From assembly GCA_003213515.1 (NCBI GenBank), contig QCMV01000002.1:57740-121739 (forward strand): a DNA stretch of 64,000 bases. Direction: 5' to 3'. The notes beneath the pieces were generated by a model. The model was not told the origin of the DNA, did not search any database, and saw only the letters and a list, made by a program, of their open reading frames with translations. Within the stretch, counting starts at the first letter, position 1. Each line of letters begins with the position of its first letter. Below are positions 18,545-28,941 of the stretch, in pieces. This stretch comes from Pelagibacteraceae bacterium AG-422-N09. GTDB lineage: Bacteria; Pseudomonadota; Alphaproteobacteria; Pelagibacterales; AG-422-B15. The position numbers were made by a program, and so were the translations under genes.

Positions 18545-19677
18545 TATTAGGAGTATCAGTATTTAATATCTCTAGAGGAGGAGGGTTAATTCATTTAAAG
18601 GAATTATTGAATAATTCATTTAATAATCAGAAATCTTTTAAAAAAATTATTTTATGGGCCAATAGAGAGATTTTAGACCAAATAAATGATAATAAAATTT
18701 TAGAGAAAAGAACTCATCCATTTTTAGAAAAAAATATTTTATATAAACTATTTTGGCAAAATTTCATCCTAACAAGAGAATGTAGACTTGAAAAAATTGA
18801 CTTACTTTACGTACCTGGTCAAATATATACCGGCTCGTTTAAACCTTTTGTTACAATGTTTCAAAATGCATTACCTTATGAAAAAAAACAAGCTCAAAAA
18901 TATTTAGGGTATTTTTTTTATATAAAATTAGTTTTTATTAAATTTTTTCAACTCATTTCTTTTAAAAATTCAAATGGGATTATCTTTTTATCACTATATG
19001 GAAAAAATCTAATCAAGCAAAAAATAGATATTAAAGATATTAAAACAACAATTATTCCTCATGGAATTAGCCAACAATTCTTTCTAAGGCCGCGAAAACA
19101 AAAAGATATTAAATGTTACACAAAACAAAACAAATTTAAAATTATTTATGTTTCTACAGTTGATCTTTATAAACATCAATGGAATGTGATTGAGGCCACC
19201 TCATATTTAAGAAATAAAGGCTATCCTATTTCACTAGATCTTGTAGGGGGGTATTATTTGCCGGCATTGAAAAAACTAAATGCTGCAATTAATAAATACG
19301 ATAGCAAAAAAGAATTTATAAGCTATCATAACGAACTAGATCATTATGAAATTTGTAAAAAATTACATCAATCTGATCTCTTTGTTTTTGCATCATCTTG
19401 CGAAAATTTGCCAATTGCACTTTTAGAAGGAATGTCTTCAGGCCTCCCAATCGTGTGTTCAAATCTTAGTCCAATGAAGGATATTATGCCGAAAGAAACA
19501 CTTTTATTTGATCCATACAATATATCTGATCTAGCCAAAAAAATTGAGCAATATTTAATAAATCATGATTTACGGCAAATAAATGCAATGAAGACTTATT
19601 CTCTTAGTAAAAAATATAGTTGGGACAAATGTACAAATGAAACATTTCGTTTTTTTACTAAAAATTTAAAATGTTAA
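18541..19677 (+). CDS. GT-B glycosyltransferase (family 4/1)
   Basis: The C-terminal EX7E-type block is SSCENLPIALLEGMSSGLPIVCSN. There is an ATGA overlap with the upstream gene. Confidence 0.8.
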   Translation: MILGVSVFNISRGGGLIHLKELLNNSFNNQKSFKKIILWANREILDQINDNKILEKRTHPFLEKNILYKLFWQNFILTRECRLEKIDLLYVPGQIYTGSFKPFVTMFQNALPYEKKQAQKYLGYFFYIKLVFIKFFQLISFKNSNGIIFLSLYGKNLIKQKIDIKDIKTTIIPHGISQQFFLRPRKQKDIKCYTKQNKFKIIYVSTVDLYKHQWNVIEATSYLRNKGYPISLDLVGGYYLPALKKLNAAINKYDSKKEFISYHNELDHYEICKKLHQSDLFVFASSCENLPIALLEGMSSGLPIVCSNLSPMKDIMPKETLLFDPYNISDLAKKIEQYLINHDLRQINAMKTYSLSKKYSWDKCTNETFRFFTKNLKC

Positions 19678-19680
19678 ACT

Positions 19681-20799
19681 ATGAATAAACCCATTATAAA
19701 AATATTAGTCACAGGAAGTGAGGGCTTTATTGGAAAAAATCTTATATGTCATTTAAAAGAAGATAGTAGATTTAAGATATTCTCTTATTCAAAAGAAAAA
19801 AAATTAAGTTTATTAAATAAGTATATACAAGAAAGTGATTTTATTTTTCATTTAGCTGGAGTAAATAGATCAAAAAAATTGAATAATTTTAATCAGATTA
19901 ATTTTAAATTAACAAGCCATATATGTAAGCAAGCTAAACTAACAAATAGAAAGATACCAATTTTATATACTTCAACTATTCATGTAAAAAGAAAGAATCA
20001 TTACGGGATTAGTAAAAAAAGAGGAGAAGAATGTTTAATAAAATATGCAAGTCAAACAAAAGCTAAAATTTATATTTTAAGATTACCAAATATTTTTGGT
20101 AAATGGGCAAAGCCAAATTATAATTCAGTAATTGCAACCTTTTGTCATAACCTTGCAAATGACAAGCCAATTAAAGTATTTAATAAAAATGAATTACTCA
20201 ATCTTTTACATATTGATGATCTCATAAAAGTATTTTTAAATTTATTATTTGCTCAAAGAAAAAATAATATTTATGTCAAATTAAAAAATATATATTCAAT
20301 CAAAATTGGAAAAGTTGAGGAATATCTAAGAGAATTTAGTAACAGTAATTTTAATTTAGAGGCAAAATGCGGAGAAAAGAGCTTTAAAAGAAAACTATAT
20401 TCGACATTTATAAGTTATTTGCCTACAAGGAAATTTAGCTACGTATTAAATGAAAATAGAGACACGAGGGGTAATTTTGTTGAGGTTACAAAAAATTCTG
20501 CTGGACAACATTCATATTTTACTGCATATCCAAATATTGTAAGAGGAGGGCACTACCATCATAGCAAAGTTGAGAAGTTTTTAATACTGAAAGGTAAGGC
20601 CGAATTTACTTTTAAAAATATCGTATCGAATAGAGTTTATAAATTAAAGGTGAATTCTCGTGAAAACAAGATCGTATTTTCAATTCCAGGATGGGCCCAT
20701 AAGATAAAAAATATAGGAAATGATGAAATGATAGTTTTCTTATGGTCATGTGAAGTTTATTCAAAAAAAGATCCTGACACCTTTAATTATAAAATTTGA
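19681..20799 (+). CDS. fnlB: CapF/FnlB/WbjC-like bifunctional enzyme (N-terminal SDR plus C-terminal cupin) of the UDP-L-FucNAc/L-PneNAc route
   Basis: The N-terminus is KILVTGSEGFIGKNL. The C-terminal cupin carries RGNFVEV...GGHYHHSKVEKFLILKGKAEF. This two-domain architecture and the ~370-aa size are characteristic. Confidence 0.7.
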   Translation: MNKPIIKILVTGSEGFIGKNLICHLKEDSRFKIFSYSKEKKLSLLNKYIQESDFIFHLAGVNRSKKLNNFNQINFKLTSHICKQAKLTNRKIPILYTSTIHVKRKNHYGISKKRGEECLIKYASQTKAKIYILRLPNIFGKWAKPNYNSVIATFCHNLANDKPIKVFNKNELLNLLHIDDLIKVFLNLLFAQRKNNIYVKLKNIYSIKIGKVEEYLREFSNSNFNLEAKCGEKSFKRKLYSTFISYLPTRKFSYVLNENRDTRGNFVEVTKNSAGQHSYFTAYPNIVRGGHYHHSKVEKFLILKGKAEFTFKNIVSNRVYKLKVNSRENKIVFSIPGWAHKIKNIGNDEMIVFLWSCEVYSKKDPDTFNYKI

Positions 20800-20805
20800 A
20801 AATTT

Positions 20806-21933
20806 ATGGATAGATTAAAAATAATCACAATAGTAGGAACGAGACCAGAAGTTATCAGGCTATCAAGTATTATAAAGAAACTTAATATTTATTTTGAGCA
20901 TTTATTATTACATACGGGACAAAACAATGACTATGAATTAAATGAAATATTTTTTGATGATTTGGAACTTAAAAAGCCAGATTTCTATTTAAACTCAGCA
21001 AGGGGAAACTTTGCGGAAACATTAGGAAGTATAATAATTGAAACTGATAAAATTTTAGCCTCAGAAAAACCAGATGCTGTTCTAATACTTGGTGATACAA
21101 ATAGTTGCCTTTCGGCAATACCTGCAAAAAAAAGAAAAATTCCTATATTTCACATGGAAGCTGGTAATAGGTGTTTTGATCAGAGAGTTCCTGAGGAGAC
21201 AAATAGAAAGATTGTTGACCATATTTCAGATATCAATCTTACTTACAGCTCAATTGCTAGAGAATATTTGATAAGTGAGGGTTTACCAGCAGAAAATATC
21301 ATAAAAGTTGGAAGTCCAATGAGGGAAGTAATAGAGAATAATATTGAAAAGATAAATGGTTCATCAATTCTTAAAAAACTAAAACTTGAAAAAAATAATT
21401 TTTTTCTTGTTAGTTGTCATCGAGAAGAAAATATTGAGAACAATGAAAGATTTAGTGAATTTATAGATATTCTAAACTTTCTGGCAAATGAATATAAAAT
21501 AGATGTTATAGTGTCAACTCATCCTAGAACTAGAAAAAAAATCGATGAGAGTAATCCAACATTAGATAATAAAGTAAAGTTTTTAAAGCCATTGAGTTTT
21601 ACGGAATATAATAAACTTCAAATTTCTTCCAGAGCGGTGTTATCAGATAGTGGAACAATCAGTGAAGAGTCCTCAATATTGAACTTTCCTGCTCTTAATA
21701 TTCGTGAGTCTCACGAAAGACCTGAAGCAATGGAGCAAGCTAGTGTAATGTTAGTTGGTTTTAATAAAAGTAGAATAAAACAATCTGTTAAAATATTAGA
21801 CGATCAGAACAGAGATAAAAAAAGAACTTTAAATATTGTAGAAGATTACAGCGATAATAATATTTCCGATAAAATCATTAGGATTATAATTAGCCATATA
21901 GATTTTATTAATACAAATACTTGGCATAAATAA
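20806..21933 (+). CDS. fnlC: Non-hydrolysing UDP-N-acetylglucosamine 2-epimerase family (FnlC/CapG/WecB-like)
   Basis: Motifs IVGTRPEVIRLS, LGDTNS and CHREEN. It lies immediately after the CapF-like gene. Confidence 0.85.
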   Translation: MDRLKIITIVGTRPEVIRLSSIIKKLNIYFEHLLLHTGQNNDYELNEIFFDDLELKKPDFYLNSARGNFAETLGSIIIETDKILASEKPDAVLILGDTNSCLSAIPAKKRKIPIFHMEAGNRCFDQRVPEETNRKIVDHISDINLTYSSIAREYLISEGLPAENIIKVGSPMREVIENNIEKINGSSILKKLKLEKNNFFLVSCHREENIENNERFSEFIDILNFLANEYKIDVIVSTHPRTRKKIDESNPTLDNKVKFLKPLSFTEYNKLQISSRAVLSDSGTISEESSILNFPALNIRESHERPEAMEQASVMLVGFNKSRIKQSVKILDDQNRDKKRTLNIVEDYSDNNISDKIIRIIISHIDFINTNTWHK

Positions 21934-21949
21934 AAAAATCCTAACTTAA

Positions 21950-23146
21950 ATGAGTATACTTATTTTAAATCAACATCAGTTTACTGATAACCATGGCTAT
22001 TTAATCTCTGGAGTAATAGAGCAACTAATTTCCAAAGGATATAACGTAGATTATATTTGTTATAAAACTTCAATTAAAAAAGAAAATTTAAACCATTTAA
22101 GGGTGAAAAAAGTAAATATAAGAAGAATAGAAGTTTTTAGCCCAAAGTCATATAGTACTACTCTGCGAATAATAGATATGATTTATTTTTCATTATCATG
22201 TCTTTTTATTTCCATATTCAATAAAAAAAATTATGAAACTATTATTGTTTCATCAAGTCATGTTATGTTTTTAGGTTTGACAGGTTTGATATTATCAAAA
22301 ATCTATAATGCTAAATTTATTTATAGAATTGAGGATTTAACAATAGAAGGAAATTATTTAACTAGACCTTATCTGAAGTTTTTTCTTTTTCCCTATTACT
22401 ATATTGATAAATTAGTATGTTTATATGCTGATCAGATTCTTACTTTGTCTGACGATATGGTTAATTCAATAAATTCAAGATTTGTTGACCCATTAAAGAA
22501 TATATCGAAAATACCCAATCTACCAAAGATTTCCAAAAGGAAAGACTTTAAGAAAAAAAATATAAAAAAATCATTAGTAAAGAACTCAAGTTTTAGAATT
22601 GTTTTTATAGGTAATATTGGATTGCCACAAGGCTTAGATTTTCTAATAAATGTAATGAAAAAATTAAAAAACAATAAAATTGAACTTTTTTTTGTTGGAG
22701 ATGGCTATGCAAAGAAACAACTGATAAGGATGTCATATGCACTTCTTAATAAAAAAATACACTTTATACCTTTTCAAGAAGATAAAAATTTAAATCAAAT
22801 ACTAAAGACTTCAGATTTGGGAGTAATATCTCTAATTCCAGGATTTGAGAAATTTAGTTTTCCAAGTAAAATCTATAGTTATCTGGAAATGAATTGTCCA
22901 ATTCTTGGAATTGTAAATAAAAACTCAGAAATTAGTAAGTTAATTAAAAATGAAAAAATAGGTATCTCAGTTGAATATGGTGATCATAAGAAACTTGAAA
23001 GGATTTTAGTTAAATGTTCTAGTGAAAAAAAATTTAAAGATAAGTATGTAAAAAACATAAAATTATTTAGAAAAAAATATTTTTCAAAAAATAAAATATT
23101 AAATCAGTGGGTTGAAGCAATAGAAAAAACAAATATAAAAAAATGA
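21950..23146 (+). CDS. GT4 glycosyltransferase (WbuB/CapL-like; candidate L-FucNAc transferase by context)
   Basis: 398 aa. The GT-B C-terminal half is VFIGNIGLPQGLD...FFVGDG...FPSKIYSYLEMNCPILG. Its position after fnlB-fnlC mirrors known FucNAc loci. Confidence 0.6.
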   Translation: MSILILNQHQFTDNHGYLISGVIEQLISKGYNVDYICYKTSIKKENLNHLRVKKVNIRRIEVFSPKSYSTTLRIIDMIYFSLSCLFISIFNKKNYETIIVSSSHVMFLGLTGLILSKIYNAKFIYRIEDLTIEGNYLTRPYLKFFLFPYYYIDKLVCLYADQILTLSDDMVNSINSRFVDPLKNISKIPNLPKISKRKDFKKKNIKKSLVKNSSFRIVFIGNIGLPQGLDFLINVMKKLKNNKIELFFVGDGYAKKQLIRMSYALLNKKIHFIPFQEDKNLNQILKTSDLGVISLIPGFEKFSFPSKIYSYLEMNCPILGIVNKNSEISKLIKNEKIGISVEYGDHKKLERILVKCSSEKKFKDKYVKNIKLFRKKYFSKNKILNQWVEAIEKTNIKK

Positions 23147-23700
23147 ATAGACTTATAGACTTAATTTTTTCAATTGTTCTGGGCTTAGCAATGTTTGCTC
23201 CAGCAATTCTTATTGCATGTTTGATTATTTCATCTTCAAAAGGTCCTATTATTCACTGGTCAAAAAGAATTGGCCTTGCAAATAAGGAATTTTTAATGCC
23301 TAAATTTAGAACGATGTATGTTGATACACCTGATATAGCAACCCATCTTCTTGAAGATGACAAATATATCACTACTGTTGGCTTTTACTTAAGGAAGCTA
23401 AGTCTTGATGAAATTCCTCAATTGTGGTCAATTTTTAAGGGAGATATGACATTAGTGGGACCAAGACCAGCACTTCATAATCAATTCGATTTAATTAAGC
23501 TGAGAACAAAAAGTGGAGTTAATAATTTGGTTCCTGGCATAACAGGATGGGCGCAAATAAATGGTAGAGACAACATTAGTATAGAAGATAAAGCCAATCT
23601 TGATCATGAGTATTTATTAAGAAGATCATTATTTTTCGATCTAAAAATAATATTTGTAACAATGAAGCATGTTGTAGGTATGAAAAATATTAGACATTGA
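23143..23700 (+). CDS. Small monotopic phosphoglycosyl transferase (Bac_transf; PglC/CapM/WbaP C-domain type), initiating enzyme
   Basis: It has an N-terminal re-entrant helix, then PKFRTM, DEIPQLWSIFKGDMTLVGPRPAL and PGITGWAQINGR. Confidence 0.85.
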   Translation: MNRLIDLIFSIVLGLAMFAPAILIACLIISSSKGPIIHWSKRIGLANKEFLMPKFRTMYVDTPDIATHLLEDDKYITTVGFYLRKLSLDEIPQLWSIFKGDMTLVGPRPALHNQFDLIKLRTKSGVNNLVPGITGWAQINGRDNISIEDKANLDHEYLLRRSLFFDLKIIFVTMKHVVGMKNIRH

Positions 23701-23716
23701 TACAAAAAGAATTTTT

Positions 23717-24631
23717 TTAGTATTCAGATATATTAAAATCATTCAAGCTTTTTTTTGGTTCAAAACCAATTGTATTTATTTTCTTTGATGAATAATATTC
23801 ACTATTAATTATTTTTTGTATTTTATTTTTCATAAAAGGAAATAATATAGAAAAAATTTCGTAAAATACTTTATGAATACTAAGTTTTGTTGGTTTTTTA
23901 TTAATTGAATAGCATATTGACTCATAGATCATTCGAGTTGAATAAGCATTATTATCTGTGACAATAAACGTTTCGTTATGAGCCTCGACTTTTGTCATGA
24001 CAAGATGAATTGCATTTACTACATCATCAACATGAATCATTGACCTCATGTTGTTTATCGCTGGCGGTGGAGGAAAGTATCCTAATGCAATAGCATTTTT
24101 CATTGCTCTTAGATTCCCCTTTACATTTGGCCCATAAACTAGAGAAGGTTTTAATATTATATATTTCATATTTGTTTTTTCACATTTTTTCCTTAAAAAC
24201 ATTTCTGCTTTCATTTTGCTTTTTCCATATGAGTTTTTTGGCTCATAGACATCTTCCTCAGTATTTATTTCTTTATTAGAATTATACTCTGAAGATTTGA
24301 CACTACTTAAATAAATAAATTTTTTAACATTAGCATTAATCGAATATTCGATAATTTTTTTAGTGACATCGTAATTAAGAAACATATTTTTTTTTTCAAT
24401 TTCTTTTGAATTTTTATTAGAATGAGCATAACCAGCTAGATGTACAACAATTTCAACATTATCAAACGCCGTTTGAGGTATACTTTCTTTTTCAAAATCA
24501 CAGATATGATTTTTGTGGCCACTTACTTTTGATCTCCCGAGCAAGCGAATACTAAATTTAGATTTATCTAATGAACCTAAAAATTTATTACCTATAAATC
24601 CAGTAGAGCCGGTTATAAGGATATTAGTCAT
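23717..24631 (-). CDS. NAD-dependent epimerase/reductase (SDR; CapN/WbpK-like by context)
   Basis: Motifs ILITGSTGFIGNKF and YGKSK (YxxxK). This is the only minus-strand gene in this part of the island. It is flanked by CapM-like and CapD-like genes. Confidence 0.65.
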   Translation of the reverse strand: MTNILITGSTGFIGNKFLGSLDKSKFSIRLLGRSKVSGHKNHICDFEKESIPQTAFDNVEIVVHLAGYAHSNKNSKEIEKKNMFLNYDVTKKIIEYSINANVKKFIYLSSVKSSEYNSNKEINTEEDVYEPKNSYGKSKMKAEMFLRKKCEKTNMKYIILKPSLVYGPNVKGNLRAMKNAIALGYFPPPPAINNMRSMIHVDDVVNAIHLVMTKVEAHNETFIVTDNNAYSTRMIYESICYSINKKPTKLSIHKVFYEIFSILFPFMKNKIQKIINSEYYSSKKINTIGFEPKKSLNDFNISEY

Positions 24632-24727
24632 AAATTATTGAATATTTTTAAATTTAAAAATAATGTATACATTTAATTTATACGTCCGCAATGTTCAATT
24701 AATTAACGAAATTTTGGCTTAAATCTT

Positions 24728-26575
24728 ATGCAGTTTCTACTTAGTATACCCACACAATACAAATTATTATTAATTGTCCTAACCGATATATTGATTTCTT
24801 TCGTATCTTTAATTTTATCCTCTTATTTTATATATGGAATTTTATTTAATTATATTTTTATTAATATTAATTTAATTTTAATATGTTTAAGTTTTATAAT
24901 CTTCTTTTATTTTTTTGGGATTTATAAAAAAATTAATAGGTACTTTAGTCTTTCAGACTTTAAGGTAATTTTTTATGCTACTGCACTGTACGCCTTGTTT
25001 ATACTGCTAGTATTATTAAATTTTAATATTAATAATGAATTGATATACGTTTATATAATTATTTTTCTTACTATCATTTTATTAAGTCGCATTGGTGTTT
25101 TGACACTTGTTCAGAACTCCATGATTTCTCGGCAGAGAAAAAAAATAATTATTTATGGAACAGGCGATTCAGCTTATCAGACCTTACAATCAATCAGAAA
25201 CTATCCGGATTATCAAACTATTGCTTTTGTAGATAACAATAAAAATATGATTGGAAGAAATATAAACGGAATCAAAGTTTACAGTCATAAAAGTATAGAA
25301 GATGTTATTCGAATTCATGATATTAGTGATATACTTATAACTACTCCACTCTCAGATATACATAAAAGAAAAGAGCTAATTAAATTCTTAAACCAATTTA
25401 ATATTGGTATAAGGTTATTGCCGTCAATCAATGATTTAGTGTCTGGCAAAGTAACTATAAGTGATTTTAAAAATATAGATGTTAGAGATATTTTAGATAG
25501 AAAAATTGAAGTAAATACTCTTGCCCTCGAAGAACAGTTTAAAAATAAAACAGTTTTAATAACTGGAGCTGGAGGTTCTATAGGGTCAGAACTTTCTATT
25601 CAGCTTGCAAAGCTTGATTTATCAAAAATAATACTTTTAGATCACAGTGAATTTAATCTGTACAAAATTCAATCTTTGCTTGAAGAAAATCATATAAATA
25701 AATCTGATAGAATTGAGGTTGTCTCAATTCTTAGCAGTATTAATGATCAAGATCGATTAGATAACATATTTAAAAATCACAAACCTGATTATGTTTTTCA
25801 CGCTGCCGCGTATAAACATGTTCCTATTGTCGAGGAAAATATCATAGATTCAGTAAAAAATAACGTTTTTGGATCACTAAATCTTTTAATGACCGCTTTA
25901 AACCATCAAGTAAAAAAATTTATATTAATTTCAACCGATAAAGCTGTAAATCCGACGAGTGTGATGGGTGCAACAAAAAGAATTTCTGAAATGTTCATAC
26001 AAGCTTATGCTGATGATCAAAAAGATAAAATGAAATCAATCCTTTCAATAGTTAGATTTGGTAATGTATTAGACTCATCTGGATCTATAATTCCTCTATT
26101 TAGGGAACAATTAAAAGCAGGAGGACCACTCACTGTTACTCATCCAGAAATGAAAAGATTTTTTATGTTAATATCTGAGGCAGTGGGATTAATACTCGAA
26201 ACTTCAATCATTTCTAAAGGTGGTGAAGTTTTTGTATTAAATATGGGCAATCCAGTAAGCATATTAGAATTAGCTAAAAAAATGATCAATCTTTCTGGTA
26301 ATAAGGTAAAAGAAGAAAAAAATGATCAAGGTATAAAAATAGAGTTTACAGGGTTAAGAAAAGGAGAAAAGCTCTCTGAAGAACTTTTTATCGACGATAA
26401 ATATAAGACTACAGAAAATAAAGAAATTTTTATTGCTCACGAAGAGTTTATGCCAATTGATGAATTAAATATCTTTATTGAGAATTTAAAAAAAGCTGTT
26501 CAGGAGAATAATCAGCAATTAATAATTGATTTAATGAGCATTAATGTGACAGGGTTTAAATATAAAATCAGTTAA
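24728..26575 (+). CDS. Membrane-anchored UDP-GlcNAc 4,6-dehydratase family (CapD/WbpM/PglF)
   Basis: There are four N-terminal hydrophobic helices, then VLITGAGGSIGSEL, HAAAYKHVP and STDKAVNPTSVMGATKR. Confidence 0.85.
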   Translation: MQFLLSIPTQYKLLLIVLTDILISFVSLILSSYFIYGILFNYIFININLILICLSFIIFFYFFGIYKKINRYFSLSDFKVIFYATALYALFILLVLLNFNINNELIYVYIIIFLTIILLSRIGVLTLVQNSMISRQRKKIIIYGTGDSAYQTLQSIRNYPDYQTIAFVDNNKNMIGRNINGIKVYSHKSIEDVIRIHDISDILITTPLSDIHKRKELIKFLNQFNIGIRLLPSINDLVSGKVTISDFKNIDVRDILDRKIEVNTLALEEQFKNKTVLITGAGGSIGSELSIQLAKLDLSKIILLDHSEFNLYKIQSLLEENHINKSDRIEVVSILSSINDQDRLDNIFKNHKPDYVFHAAAYKHVPIVEENIIDSVKNNVFGSLNLLMTALNHQVKKFILISTDKAVNPTSVMGATKRISEMFIQAYADDQKDKMKSILSIVRFGNVLDSSGSIIPLFREQLKAGGPLTVTHPEMKRFFMLISEAVGLILETSIISKGGEVFVLNMGNPVSILELAKKMINLSGNKVKEEKNDQGIKIEFTGLRKGEKLSEELFIDDKYKTTENKEIFIAHEEFMPIDELNIFIENLKKAVQENNQQLIIDLMSINVTGFKYKIS

Positions 26576-26579
26576 ATAT

Positions 26580-27596
26580 ATGAAGGCAAAAAAAAATGTT
26601 TTATTAACAGGTGGTGCCGGTTATATAGGGAGTCATACATTCCTATCCTTAATTGAAAATGGCTATAACCCTATAATTATTGACAATTTTCATAATAGTA
26701 AAAAAGAAGTAATAAATCGATTAGAGCATATAATAAAATGTAAAATAAATCTGATTGAAGGTGATATTTGTGAAAGAGAAATTGTCCTTAAAGCATTTGA
26801 AAAATTTGATATTTCTTCAGTTATACATTTTGCTGCATTTAAGTCTGTTGAAGAATCAGTCACAAAAGCCTCTTACTATTTAAGTAATAATATTATAGGC
26901 CTCTTAAATATTATCGAGGCAATGAGAATTTTTAAGTGCAATAAAATTGTTTTTAGCAGTAGCGCATGTGTTTATGGAGATAAAGAAGAAATGCCAGTCA
27001 GTGAAGATACTCATCGAAAATTTGTGAATCCCTATGGTCAATCCAAAATTATTTGCGAAGATATTTTGGAAACCTATAAAAACTCAGCGGATTTGAGATA
27101 TTTAATTTTACGGTATTTTAATCCAATAGGATGTCACGAAAGTGCCATGATCGGAGAAGATCCTAAAAGCGAGCTAAGTAACCTTATGCCAAACATTGCC
27201 CAAGTTGCTATTGGAAAGAAGCCTTATCTCGAAGTTTTTGGAAATGACTATAATACAATAGATGGTACCGGAGTGAGAGATTATATTCATATTATGGATT
27301 TAGCCGATGGTCACGTAGCCGCACTTAAGAAAATTGAAATTGAAGGAGTAAATACTTCAATTAATCTTGGCACGGGAAAAGGGTATAGTGTTTTTGAGAT
27401 TATTAGGGCATATGAAAAAGTCTCAGGGAAAAAAATTGAATATAAGTTATGTCCAAAAAGATCAGGTGATGTACCAATTATTTTTGCTGATATTAAAAAA
27501 GCCAAAAAAGTATTAAATTGGAATTCAAAAAGAGATATAATAGAAATGTGCAGATCTAGTTGGCAGTGGCAACTAGAAAATCCTGACGGTTATTAA
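26580..27596 (+). CDS. galE: UDP-glucose (or UDP-GlcNAc) 4-epimerase
   Basis: Motifs VLLTGGAGYIGSHT, SSSACVYG, YGQSKI and RDYIHIMDLADGH. Confidence 0.9.
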   Translation: MKAKKNVLLTGGAGYIGSHTFLSLIENGYNPIIIDNFHNSKKEVINRLEHIIKCKINLIEGDICEREIVLKAFEKFDISSVIHFAAFKSVEESVTKASYYLSNNIIGLLNIIEAMRIFKCNKIVFSSSACVYGDKEEMPVSEDTHRKFVNPYGQSKIICEDILETYKNSADLRYLILRYFNPIGCHESAMIGEDPKSELSNLMPNIAQVAIGKKPYLEVFGNDYNTIDGTGVRDYIHIMDLADGHVAALKKIEIEGVNTSINLGTGKGYSVFEIIRAYEKVSGKKIEYKLCPKRSGDVPIIFADIKKAKKVLNWNSKRDIIEMCRSSWQWQLENPDGY

Positions 27597-27642
27597 AAAA
27601 TTGTATTCTTCATTGAGCTAAGATAAATAACTAGATTGAAAA

Positions 27643-28941
27643 ATGAGTGAAAATAACCAACCAATAAATCAGTATTTCATAGATCAATCTGAACAGGTTA
27701 GTATATCAGATTTATTATTTGGTATTTGGGATTATAAATATTTTACAATAATCATAATAATTTTATTAAATGTATTTGCTTATTTATTTTATTACTCCCA
27801 GCCAAAAGTATACGAAAATTCTATAAAGCTAGAAATGTCGAATAAAATTAATTTTGACCTATTGCCTGGATTTGTTGAGAAAATCGAGGGTCTTGGCATG
27901 TCAACAACAGAATTACTGGAACAATTTTCTTCTGAAACATTAAGTAAAGAAGTAATAAACAAAACATATCAAGAAAACAATGTGAAAGAAATTTTAGAAA
28001 CATACAATATAAATAATGAAAACTTTATAAGTTCTTTTTCAATAGAGAAATTTTACGTCAAAACAATTGAAGATATTTTAAATGGAAGGCCGTTAGATAT
28101 ATATGAATATGTTTTAACGATTGACTCGGAAATAACCTCGCAACAAGCTAAAATTATTTTTGATAAGCACTTAGTGAATAGTCTACGCTCAACAAATAAT
28201 AAGTTTACTTCATGGCTCATAGATTATGACAATTATTTAGATAATGAAATGCTATACACTAAAGAAAAATACAAAAATCTAAATGATGCTCATGCAGACG
28301 CCCTTACAAAAAAACTTATAAGATTGAGAAAAGAGCAAGAATTAAATGCCTTAATGGAAATTGACTCACTTAAAAATGATTATGATATTGCTAAAACATT
28401 AGGAATAGAAATACCTATTGTTGACCCAAAATATTTAAAGGATGCTGAAGAAGAGGCTTTTCTATTTAGCGAACAAATGTCGGATGACGATGAAAAAAAA
28501 GAAATGACTGATTTTATGGAGGATCAGTATTACTACGAAGAGGACATGATTTCTAAATTTTTTTTTGGTACAGTTGTATTAGAAAAAATTATTAAAAGTA
28601 AGGAAAGCAAGTTGAGAACAGATTCAGGACCAACATCAAAACAAGAAGCAGCGTTGTTAGCTAGAATTGCAAATGAAGATTATGCTTACGACATGGAAAG
28701 GGATTTGGAACTTTCAGAGCTAATTACAAAAAAAAGAAATGTCATGAGTGTTTATGAAGAATTTAATAAAAGTAAAATATTTATACCATTTGTTAAATTT
28801 GATACTGATCAGATTTCAACTAATGGAGTTAAAATACCCTCATTATATATATTTTTATCAACTTTAGCATTTGCACTTATACTTACTTTTATCCTCTCAA
28901 TAGTTTGGCCAGAATATAAAAGAAGATATTACAATCAATAG
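27643..28941 (+). CDS. Polysaccharide co-polymerase / chain-length determinant-like protein (Wzz topology)
   Basis: It has one hydrophobic helix near the N-terminus (FTIIIIILLNVFAYLFYY) and one at the extreme C-terminus (LYIFLSTLAFALILTFILSIVW). Between them is a long polar, partly acidic and coiled region. The assignment is from topology and context only. Confidence 0.45.
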   Translation: MSENNQPINQYFIDQSEQVSISDLLFGIWDYKYFTIIIIILLNVFAYLFYYSQPKVYENSIKLEMSNKINFDLLPGFVEKIEGLGMSTTELLEQFSSETLSKEVINKTYQENNVKEILETYNINNENFISSFSIEKFYVKTIEDILNGRPLDIYEYVLTIDSEITSQQAKIIFDKHLVNSLRSTNNKFTSWLIDYDNYLDNEMLYTKEKYKNLNDAHADALTKKLIRLRKEQELNALMEIDSLKNDYDIAKTLGIEIPIVDPKYLKDAEEEAFLFSEQMSDDDEKKEMTDFMEDQYYYEEDMISKFFFGTVVLEKIIKSKESKLRTDSGPTSKQEAALLARIANEDYAYDMERDLELSELITKKRNVMSVYEEFNKSKIFIPFVKFDTDQISTNGVKIPSLYIFLSTLAFALILTFILSIVWPEYKRRYYNQ

